From the IMG/VR virus record IMGVR_UViG_3300049582_000032, positions 37,661-101,660 of that record: a stretch of DNA of 64,000 nt; one strand, 5' to 3'. Numbering within the stretch: the stretch's first letter is position 1; every line of letters starts with the position of its first letter. This DNA is from a virus. Below, in pieces: positions 26,764 through 34,440 of the stretch. The notes under the pieces are model-generated. The model did no database searches. It was not told the DNA's origin and saw only the letters and a list, made by a program, of their open reading frames with translations. The translations under genes and the position numbers were made by a program.

Positions 26764-27263
26764 TGGGCGTTGATATCATAGGGTACAGTAGAGTTAGGAA
26801 GCTGACAGAAGCTGAGGTTAAAGATGGAAGAAAGCTTAGCTATGCAACCTATGTATACAAGACACAGGATTTTCCAGAAAGGTTAGGCAGTCTTGAGGGA
26901 GATGGATGGTACGTTGGATATGGGGAAGCTAGAACATGCATTGGCTATGGAAGATATAACGTATGGCGCAACTGGCTGGCAATGATATCAGGCTGGCCTA
27001 TGCATTACATTGATACCACAAGTACAAGATCATATGCAAAAAGCGCATGGGAGGCTACAAGCGGTCCATTTTGGGAGCTTATTTGCTTTTCAGACCATGA
27101 CGGAACGTTAGGTCCAGAGGCTTGCAAGAAACTCTCGAAAGACTTTACCGAGTTCCATGGCAAGGCAATAGAGCGTGCAGAGCGGGATTTCCTTGAAATG
27201 TATAATGATATGAAGGCAATCTTTGAACTTGCCGCTGATAATGGCGCTGTGATCTTCTGCTAG
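26763..27263 (+). CDS. Conserved-looking phage hypothetical protein
   Basis: MGVDI...YN.WR..LA...GPFWELI.FSD.DG.LG pattern. Confidence 0.7.
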   Translation: MGVDIIGYSRVRKLTEAEVKDGRKLSYATYVYKTQDFPERLGSLEGDGWYVGYGEARTCIGYGRYNVWRNWLAMISGWPMHYIDTTSTRSYAKSAWEATSGPFWELICFSDHDGTLGPEACKKLSKDFTEFHGKAIERAERDFLEMYNDMKAIFELAADNGAVIFC

Positions 27264-27282
27264 TCTGACTGGAGGAAACGAA

Positions 27283-27480
27283 GTGATAACCATAGTTGGC
27301 GAGGATGAGGCATACTCCGAAGGCTTCTACTCTTACGGCATGACCGATGTGTGCCCTTATAGCTATCCTGACCTCAAACGCGCATGGCGTAGCGGGTGGT
27401 TCCATGGGCTGGTGAGCTATACACAGTGCATGTTCAACAAGGGTAAGTCTGAGCATAGAGATGCACGGAGGCCGAAGTGA
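27283..27480 (+). CDS. Ribosome modulation factor (Rmf/CrpP-fold)-like protein
   Basis: AYSEGF......CPY......AWRSGW matches Rmf GY.AG......CPY......WL.GW; GGAGG RBS. Confidence 0.6.
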   Translation: MITIVGEDEAYSEGFYSYGMTDVCPYSYPDLKRAWRSGWFHGLVSYTQCMFNKGKSEHRDARRPK

Positions 27481-27740
27481 ACCTGTATAAGTGGAACTCC
27501 AGCTTGCTTCGCCGTTATAGCGAAGGGGATATCATCGTAATGGCTGAGAGTGTCGAGGAAGCCATGGAGAAGGCGAGACACCACTTCAAGACAACCTTCA
27601 AGGAGGAATGCGATTACCTGTTCTATGGGTATGATGGATATGAACCTGAAGTTGAGCTAAGCGGCAAGCTTGAGAATGATCTCGCTGTGGAACCAGAGAT
27701 TGTTAGCTGTGGTGTTGTGTTCATAGAAGGGTCGGAATGA
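27477..27740 (+). CDS. Small acidic hypothetical protein
   Basis: GGAGG RBS; IVMAESVEEAMEKAR motif. Confidence 0.6.
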   Translation: MNLYKWNSSLLRRYSEGDIIVMAESVEEAMEKARHHFKTTFKEECDYLFYGYDGYEPEVELSGKLENDLAVEPEIVSCGVVFIEGSE

Positions 27741-28063
27741 GAATGATGGATAAATCGCAACCTATGGAAGGCTGGTGCGCTGATTACATAAAGTCTATCA
27801 TTATACCGTTCACTGATAATGATATCGAATTTTACATTGGATGGGACGGATACACCTATGCAGCAATCTTTACAGGTGAGTTCAATGCAACATGGCATTT
27901 TAAGAACCCGGATAAGGGAATTGTTTGCATGGACTCATGGGGTATGGGAAACACTTATCTTGAAGCATTGGAAGATCTTGTGTACTGGAACGAACAGCAA
28001 CATCCTTGGCATCCACAAGATAGGGTGAAGTTCATGTATGTCGGTGGTGGTGATCTTGAGTAA
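27737..28063 (+). CDS. Hypothetical protein
   Basis: ATGA-coupled. Confidence 0.55.
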   Translation: MRMMDKSQPMEGWCADYIKSIIIPFTDNDIEFYIGWDGYTYAAIFTGEFNATWHFKNPDKGIVCMDSWGMGNTYLEALEDLVYWNEQQHPWHPQDRVKFMYVGGGDLE

Positions 28064-28068
28064 ATAGA

Positions 28069-28290
28069 GTGAATAGAAAGATGATTAAGACTATAAAACT
28101 CATCTTCTATGTTGCTGGTTTCTATCTGTGGCAAATCCCTGGCGTCGTGTTTATAGGGATATTTGTTGATGCAATGGAACGAGTTCCGAATGGTCCAGGG
28201 AAGGTATTTGGATTGTCTATAGTGATGGTGTTTATCGTAATATGGACTTATGGAAACTTGAATATGTTCCTCAATCTCAGAGGGAATTGA
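28069..28290 (+). CDS. Small two-TM protein
   Basis: Two hydrophobic helices. Confidence 0.55.
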   Translation: MNRKMIKTIKLIFYVAGFYLWQIPGVVFIGIFVDAMERVPNGPGKVFGLSIVMVFIVIWTYGNLNMFLNLRGN

Positions 28291-28297
28291 TTTTGTA

Positions 28298-28681
28298 ATG
28301 CAACAAGAGGTGAATATCAATATGAGAAAAGCAGCATGGTGCCTACTCCGGTATATGGCATTTGGCGTTACCATGTTGGGCGTTTGCGTCATCGCAATAA
28401 CCATTGTGCTTAGTATGGATGAAGCCTCTGGCCCGTTTGAAGCTGGGGCCATGTCTCTGCTAAGCCTGATCGGTATCGCCGCATTGATCATGTCGCCAAC
28501 AGCATTGGGGCTTGGGTTGGTGCTATCAGTGCTCACATTGTTCGGATATGATGGAGCGCTTGATGCGGTGGATGGCGTGATAGCCAAGGCTGTCAGTTGG
28601 TCGATTGATCCAGGAAGGTTCTGGATTGGGTGTGTGTTATTCGCTGGGTTGCTCATCATTGGGATGTTGGGCTGGAAATGA
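28298..28681 (+). CDS. Multi-TM membrane protein
   Basis: Three to four hydrophobic helices. Confidence 0.6.
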   Translation: MQQEVNINMRKAAWCLLRYMAFGVTMLGVCVIAITIVLSMDEASGPFEAGAMSLLSLIGIAALIMSPTALGLGLVLSVLTLFGYDGALDAVDGVIAKAVSWSIDPGRFWIGCVLFAGLLIIGMLGWK

Positions 28682-28917
28682 CATCACGGATCAGAAGCAA
28701 ACTTGGAACACCACTTACTAATGATATGTGGAGTTGCAAGAAGCTGGCTTTGGTGTCAGCAACTCTGCTGGTTGTGGCATTAAGCATGAGTGCGTTTGCC
28801 GTTCTTACAGATGCAAGCTTCACTGAAAGGGTTGTCGCACGAATCGTTGCATCCATAACGGGACCGTTCGGGATTGTCTTTGGTATCGTCTGCATTAGTA
28901 GGTGGAAGCGCAGGTAG
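28678..28917 (+). CDS. Small two-TM protein
   Basis: ATGA-coupled; two hydrophobic helices. Confidence 0.5.
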   Translation: MTSRIRSKLGTPLTNDMWSCKKLALVSATLLVVALSMSAFAVLTDASFTERVVARIVASITGPFGIVFGIVCISRWKRR

Positions 28918-28990
28918 GAGTCTTGAAGTTAAGATCTTGCATGGGCGTGGAAATCATGCTTCCTCACCCTCTTTGTAGCCGCCAAATGTG

Positions 28991-29019
28991 TTGACGTTCA
29001 TAAGCTGCTGGTGTAGTGT
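28991..29019 (+). promoter_or_regulatory. Putative sigma70 promoter
   Basis: GTGTTGACG-N17-TAGTGT. Confidence 0.6.
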
Positions 29020-29053
29020 TATAAGGAACGACGACCTCAAATGAGTAGTAGGA

Positions 29054-29428
29054 ATGACAATGATTGACAAGACAAAGGCGATGGTTGCGAAACGGGTTCT
29101 GGATGGTAAGGAGTTCCATTCCTACTATCTACACAATGACCATCATGAGGCAATCGCCATAGTGAAGCCTCATGATGAAGAGGCCCCATTCATAATTAAG
29201 TTCGATCAGGCAACAGGAGATGGCCATAATATTGAAACGCCTGATGAGAAGTGGGTACTGAGGAACAAGCATCGCTTGGCTGGGTGGTTCGGTGTTCTCG
29301 TAAGAGGCGGTGAGTTCAGCATCATCCATATAGAGCCATTCCAATCAAAGGAGGAATGTGAGGCTGACCTGGATGCCGGTGGAAGGTGGAATAACACGTA
29401 CTCAGTCTACATCGAGGCAGAGTTTTAG
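29054..29428 (+). CDS. Hypothetical protein
   Basis: Own promoter, AGGA RBS. Confidence 0.6.
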   Translation: MTMIDKTKAMVAKRVLDGKEFHSYYLHNDHHEAIAIVKPHDEEAPFIIKFDQATGDGHNIETPDEKWVLRNKHRLAGWFGVLVRGGEFSIIHIEPFQSKEECEADLDAGGRWNNTYSVYIEAEF

Positions 29429-29435
29429 GTGTTAA

Positions 29436-29464
29436 TTGACAGTGGCACATAACAACAGTAAAAT
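29436..29464 (+). promoter_or_regulatory. Putative sigma70 promoter
   Basis: TTGACA-N17-TAAAAT. Confidence 0.7.
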
Positions 29465-29498
29465 GGCACATCAACCTACTATAGAAAGGAAGTCTTGA

Positions 29499-29846
29499 AT
29501 GAATAGAAATCACCTAGGAGTGGCAGGAGCGCTCTTCATGGCAAGCATCGCAGCTACCAGCGCCAATGCGGATCAGCGAATGAGCCAGGAAGATATCAGA
29601 CTGAAGTGTGAGGCCATGACACCTTATCGTACCCAGGATAGAACACAGACAAGTGTTATCAATGGGGCTATCAGTGTGGCAAGAGCACTTACAGGAGGCT
29701 ATAACCCTGGATATGCAATAGAGAGCACGGCACGGGGCATGGTGAATGGTCACGTTGCTGACAAGCGGATGGCTGAACTAAGGCAGGCATCTGTCGAACG
29801 GTGCGTTGATCGGGAAATGCGGGCAGAACGCTTGCAGAGGCGGTAG
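29499..29846 (+). CDS. Exported hypothetical protein
   Basis: Signal peptide ending ANA; two Cys; glycine-zipper-like core. Confidence 0.65.
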   Translation: MNRNHLGVAGALFMASIAATSANADQRMSQEDIRLKCEAMTPYRTQDRTQTSVINGAISVARALTGGYNPGYAIESTARGMVNGHVADKRMAELRQASVERCVDREMRAERLQRR

Positions 29847-29960
29847 GACGCCATGATGATGGATTGGGAAGACCTTGGCTTCTGGTTGCTGTGGCTTGCT
29901 GGGATGTTCTTCATCATAATGTATGCCTTGAGCCTAGCATGATGTGCTGAGGGGATAGAA

Positions 29961-30170
29961 ATGATGAACACCGTCCTTAACTTCTTGATCCTATCTTTGG
30001 GACTTGTCGCCATGCTTGCGGGTTGGCTTGCATGGGAGCACAGCCATACACTAGGGGTGCCAAATCCAATACTGACCGGGGCGGATGTCGTACTGTTAGG
30101 CGTCGGCGCTTCGGCAATCCTCTACGGGGTGGGTAGCCTCATCGTGGAAACTCTTAGGAACGGAGATTAG
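29961..30170 (+). CDS. Small two-TM protein
   Basis: GAGGGG RBS; two hydrophobic helices. Confidence 0.55.
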   Translation: MMNTVLNFLILSLGLVAMLAGWLAWEHSHTLGVPNPILTGADVVLLGVGASAILYGVGSLIVETLRNGD

Positions 30171-30335
30171 CGGCTGAGAGAGGCTAGTGGGATGGTGCTG
30201 GTGCTGGAAATTTTGTGGTGCCAGTACTGTCCTACACCCATTGTCTGACACTTCCGCGTAAACACACGAAAATCCCACGTATACAGGCGCATTTTTTGTT
30301 GGACAAATGGTCAGAAATGGAGTACAAATATTGGC
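30171..30335. other. Candidate oriT / tra promoter region
   Basis: Position only: non-coding 165 bp directly upstream of the relaxase; no canonical nic site recognised with confidence. Confidence 0.3.
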
Positions 30336-30992
30336 ATGGGCACATTCTCTGACATACAGCTTTTCAGAATGCTAAGCGGGGCCGGGAACCGTTTGATCCA
30401 AGGAGTCCATTCTCCCCTTGAAGCTCCGATGACTTTAGTGGAGAACTGGCAGCGCTGCTATGCCAAGGCCCGTCAGGTGAAAGCGTCAGAGAGCGGGTCG
30501 AGCAGCGGTGCGGTGCGCTCCCATGTCAGGTATCTCCAGCACAAGGATAGCCACGAGCACGATGACAAGCTCGTGGCTGTTATAGGTGATCTTGATATGG
30601 TTAAAAGGTGGGCTGATAGGGAACAGCACTACCGTCTTATTATAGCACCTGAGTATGGGTGTCTCTTAGATATGGTACGTCTCGCTCGTGATGTGTGCAA
30701 GGAAGCATACAACAGGTATGGGCGGTTCGAGTATGCTGGGGCTGTGCATGAGAAGATGCAGAGCAATGGGAGACTTAATCGTCATATCCATCTTATCTTC
30801 AAAGACACGATCAGCCTTGGGGCTAACGCTCCGAAGCGTCTCTTTTCCACTCTTGGCTCAAAACATGCAACGATACAGTTTGAGAGGAAAGGTTTAAAAT
30901 ACCTTTCCCAAAGCATGGAGTTCTTGCATAGGCAAGATCTTCGGTATTTCAAAAAAGAGCTTTCGATTGAGGATGGTGATGGATATAGGTAG
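30336..30992 (+). CDS. Minimal MOBP-type (VirD2/RlxS-like) HUH relaxase
   Basis: Motif I SHVRYL, motif II REQHYRLIIAPE (compare DRHHFRFIVSPE), motif III AVHE...NRHIHLI; directly upstream of virD4. Confidence 0.75.
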   Translation: MGTFSDIQLFRMLSGAGNRLIQGVHSPLEAPMTLVENWQRCYAKARQVKASESGSSSGAVRSHVRYLQHKDSHEHDDKLVAVIGDLDMVKRWADREQHYRLIIAPEYGCLLDMVRLARDVCKEAYNRYGRFEYAGAVHEKMQSNGRLNRHIHLIFKDTISLGANAPKRLFSTLGSKHATIQFERKGLKYLSQSMEFLHRQDLRYFKKELSIEDGDGYR

Positions 30993-32607
30993 CCTAACGG
31001 GATTGGACTGGAGTTTTGTATACGATAGGCTTCTGTCTGTAGATGGTGCTGTTGCTGCTGTTGGTGGTGCAACGCTTCTATATGGAACAACGGCCCTCAA
31101 TCAGTTCTTCTCAGGTGGGGCAAAGAACTGGCTGTCAGCATATGAAGCCATGAAGTCTGGTCTTTATGGCGACCCAAAGAAAGGTATTGTCTTTGGGCGC
31201 TATCGTCGTAGGCTAGTATGCTATGAGGGCATCAATGATGTTCTGATTATTGGCACGAAAGGCACCGGCAAATCTGTCTCTGTGTTCCTTCCTACCATAC
31301 CATCCAATACCACACACGGTATGTTGATCTACGACCAGTCTGGCGGCTTATTTAATAAGACGAGTGGCGCGAGGGCTGAGATCGGGGATGTTTATCGCAT
31401 CAATCCAGATGTGGAAGAAAGCGATTGCATGAACCTCCTTGATATGATACCGACAGATATAGAATTGGTATCAAGTCTTAGGGCTTTGTATGCTCCGTTC
31501 TTCGATGGTTCTACTGATATAGCTAAAAAGTCTGGCGGTGACTCACACTGGCCGAATGCAGGACACAAACTTCTTGTTTTCGGAACCATTCATGTCCTTC
31601 TTGGTGAAGATCCACAGATTAAGAACATACCTTCTATCCTATCCCTGATGTCCGACATTGTTCAATTCCTTGAGCACATGGTAAGATACGCGCGAGATCC
31701 TATGTGCCGTGATGTCGCTGTATCATTTCTTGGCAGCGGTCGCCAGTATTGCGGGAACGTCATGAGCAACGTGGATCAAGCCATGTCAGTGTTCCACGAT
31801 CCAGCCGTTGCCAGAATTACATCATACAGCAGCTTCCATATCGAGGATCTTGCAACATCCAAGAAGCCGATCACGGTCTACTTGACTGCGCCCACTGTCA
31901 AGGTCAGGGGCCTTATGCCATACTATGTCGGCATCGAGCAGGCGATGAAACTGCATCTTATGAAGCATGAAGATAGATCATTGATGGGAAAGAAAAAGCT
32001 CCGGCCTGTAATGGTGCTAGATGATGAGGCTCAATCAACGAACAGGCCAGACATCAAGATCCTTCTCGTATCTCGTAAGTATGGTGTGCAGTACGTTTTT
32101 GGCGCGCAGAGCTATAATGGCATGAAGAAGATGTATGGGGATGATCTCGGCCTGTTCAAGACTAAGTTGTTGTTTAGGTCACCAGACGGTGACGATGACC
32201 TCAAGGCAATGTCTGCAATCAGTGGATTCTACAGGAAGAAAGAAGTCAGGTACTCTTCTGACAGTTCAAGCGGTGGAGGAAGGAAGAGTCAGTCATGGGA
32301 ATGGAAGGATGCACCAAGGCTGACTGAGAGAGAGGTTGGTGAGTGGGGTCCATTTGGTATAGCGTTGCTTTCCGTCTTTGGGGTTAAGCCTGCTGTTATC
32401 AGGACGTTCGATGCTGAGCATGATAAACAGTTCAAAAGCCTGTTCAAGGAACCTTATCAATCTACCATCGCCAAGATTGCACGATCACCTTGGCATTCAT
32501 ATTCGAGGCCGATCATTGCGGTAGAGGCCAACAATACCATTGATGCAGAGGCCGATGACGTTGAGGATATTGATGATGCTGGCAGCACAGTTATGGTGGC
32601 GTTCTGA
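30979..32607 (+). CDS. virD4: Type IV coupling protein VirD4/TraG
   Basis: N-terminal TM, GIVFG, Walker A GTKGTGKS...FLPT, FHIEDL...PITVYL, Walker B VLDDE, RKYG...AQS....KMYG. Confidence 0.9.
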   Translation: MDIGSLTGLDWSFVYDRLLSVDGAVAAVGGATLLYGTTALNQFFSGGAKNWLSAYEAMKSGLYGDPKKGIVFGRYRRRLVCYEGINDVLIIGTKGTGKSVSVFLPTIPSNTTHGMLIYDQSGGLFNKTSGARAEIGDVYRINPDVEESDCMNLLDMIPTDIELVSSLRALYAPFFDGSTDIAKKSGGDSHWPNAGHKLLVFGTIHVLLGEDPQIKNIPSILSLMSDIVQFLEHMVRYARDPMCRDVAVSFLGSGRQYCGNVMSNVDQAMSVFHDPAVARITSYSSFHIEDLATSKKPITVYLTAPTVKVRGLMPYYVGIEQAMKLHLMKHEDRSLMGKKKLRPVMVLDDEAQSTNRPDIKILLVSRKYGVQYVFGAQSYNGMKKMYGDDLGLFKTKLLFRSPDGDDDLKAMSAISGFYRKKEVRYSSDSSSGGGRKSQSWEWKDAPRLTEREVGEWGPFGIALLSVFGVKPAVIRTFDAEHDKQFKSLFKEPYQSTIAKIARSPWHSYSRPIIAVEANNTIDAEADDVEDIDDAGSTVMVAF

Positions 32608-32942
32608 TGTCGGATAACAAGAAACTTAGTCGTTCCATTACATTCAGGACGACAGATGAGGCTTACGAGAAGATACAGAGGCAGGCAGCAGAGGCTGGCG
32701 TTAATATATCGGAGTTCTCAAGGTTGAAGACAGAGGATGATCCAAGGGAAGGCATGAGGCATGACCTTTATTGGGGTAAGGAGTTCAGTAAGTCTGCGGT
32801 TGCCCTTTGCAATATCATCCTCATAAGGATGGGCGTATCGTTGGATGAAGTGAAAAAGATGCTCCCAGCGAAGAAGGCTGAACTCACAATGATTGAAATG
32901 GGCGATTCTAAGAAGGGAGAAGCCGATGCTGACAATCTATGA
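32607..32942 (+). CDS. RHH (MobC/CopG-like) accessory protein
   Basis: ITFRTTDEAYEKIQRQAAEAGVNISEF; same position as the CopG gene between traG and trbB in Tn4371-like ICEs. Confidence 0.7.
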   Translation: MSDNKKLSRSITFRTTDEAYEKIQRQAAEAGVNISEFSRLKTEDDPREGMRHDLYWGKEFSKSAVALCNIILIRMGVSLDEVKKMLPAKKAELTMIEMGDSKKGEADADNL

Positions 32943-33840
32943 TGCAATGCCTGATGCATTCCGAGAAGCGCTTAGTCAAGATCTAGTGACAGACCTTGCT
33001 ATTCGTGACAACGGCCATGGGTTTATCACGAAGATAGGGGCTTACATTGATATCGGTGATGTCTCAGAGCATGTCGAGCCGATGCTTGCTCTTGCGGCCA
33101 ATGATGCAGGAACTGTCATTAATGATGAATGTCCTGCCTTGGAGTGTCAGCTTCCGAACGGTGAACGCCTTGTGGGAAAAAGGCCAGAGATCGGATTGAA
33201 CTGGACAACAACGATCCGAGTCCCCATGAAGCGCCGCCTTACATGGAATGAGCAAATTGGTTTTGGCACTGTCAGGGAAAGACAGGCAGAATGGATTGAG
33301 AGGCAGGTTTCTAATGGCAAGACCATATTTGTTGTCGGGCAACAGAATAGCGGCAAATCCACGCTTCTAAACACAATCCTTGGATCACAGCACTTCGACG
33401 ACAAGGTTGTTGTCAAGATCGAGAAGCGAGTTGCTGAGATCATGCCTACGAAGATGTGCACAACATACGTAGTAAACGAAAGCTGCACGTTTTTTCAGGC
33501 ACAGGAGAAGGGACTCCGGGAATCTGGAGACGCATTTATCCTGACGGAAGCTCGCAGCGGAGAGGATATGGTTGCTGTTGCGTCTGTCCTAAGAACTCGG
33601 CACCCCAGCTTCACAACCCTGCACGCAGCAGCCATAGAAGATGTTCCATTTACCATAGAGACAATGTTACGCGAGGCTGGGGATACTAGCCCAAGACAGT
33701 TCATCCATGAAAATATCGTCAGAACAATTGATTATTTTATCCTAATTGAGAAGAAGGAGGAAGGATATAGGGTCGTAACAGATATAGCGAGGCTTATCAT
33801 GAGAGACGGTGTAGCCGTTAGAGAAGAAGTGGAGATATAA
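32926..33840 (+). CDS. virB11: VirB11/TrbB secretion ATPase
   Basis: P.LECQLPNGER, TIR, Walker A GQQNSGKST, TEARSGE and His box HPSFTTLHA. Confidence 0.85.
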   Translation: MLTIYDAMPDAFREALSQDLVTDLAIRDNGHGFITKIGAYIDIGDVSEHVEPMLALAANDAGTVINDECPALECQLPNGERLVGKRPEIGLNWTTTIRVPMKRRLTWNEQIGFGTVRERQAEWIERQVSNGKTIFVVGQQNSGKSTLLNTILGSQHFDDKVVVKIEKRVAEIMPTKMCTTYVVNESCTFFQAQEKGLRESGDAFILTEARSGEDMVAVASVLRTRHPSFTTLHAAAIEDVPFTIETMLREAGDTSPRQFIHENIVRTIDYFILIEKKEEGYRVVTDIARLIMRDGVAVREEVEI

Positions 33841-33860
33841 CATATGCAGGAGAACGAAAC

Positions 33861-34091
33861 ATGGTAGACTGGTTGCTAACAAACTCATCACAGCTTCTTT
33901 CAGGGCTTTGCTACTTCTTTGCCGCAGTGCTTGCGGTGTGGGGTGCTGGGTCGGCAGGAATGAAGTTGATTGGTGACAATCACGGAACGGTACGAGACGT
34001 TACAACAATCCTTGGGCTTGCTGCTGTTGGTGCAACTCTTCTTTCGTTGCTTGGTGCCTACATTCCCACTCTTTTGAGTGGCAGCCCGTAA
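33861..34091 (+). CDS. VirB2/TrbC-like pilin
   Basis: 76 aa, two TM helices, trbC position after virB11. Confidence 0.55.
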   Translation: MVDWLLTNSSQLLSGLCYFFAAVLAVWGAGSAGMKLIGDNHGTVRDVTTILGLAAVGATLLSLLGAYIPTLLSGSP

Positions 34092-34095
34092 CACA

Positions 34096-34440
34096 ATGGA
34101 ACAGCAGCGTTCCATACTGGACCGCTCGGACCTGTACTGTCCTGCTCCGAAGCTCTCGGGGCAGGCCAGTTACGGTGGAAAGGTCTTGCTGAGTACGTTC
34201 ATTGTTTGCGGGTGCGCATTGCTTGGGTTCATGGCGCTGGCAATAGGCATGATCGCACTACTTAAGGCCATTGGGTGGACAGGATCAACATCGTGGCTGC
34301 TAATATCTGTACCAGTTGCCACATTCGTACTAACAATTTGGGTTCTGTCCTGGACATATAGAAGGAGGGATATCCTTGTCGTTCTTTGGGAAACTTATAA
34401 GATCGAAAAGAAAGAGCGTAGGGCCGAAGACAATGGATAG
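34096..34440 (+). CDS. VirB3/TrbD-like membrane protein
   Basis: Two TM helices, basic tail, overlaps the virB4 start. Confidence 0.55.
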   Translation: MEQQRSILDRSDLYCPAPKLSGQASYGGKVLLSTFIVCGCALLGFMALAIGMIALLKAIGWTGSTSWLLISVPVATFVLTIWVLSWTYRRRDILVVLWETYKIEKKERRAEDNG

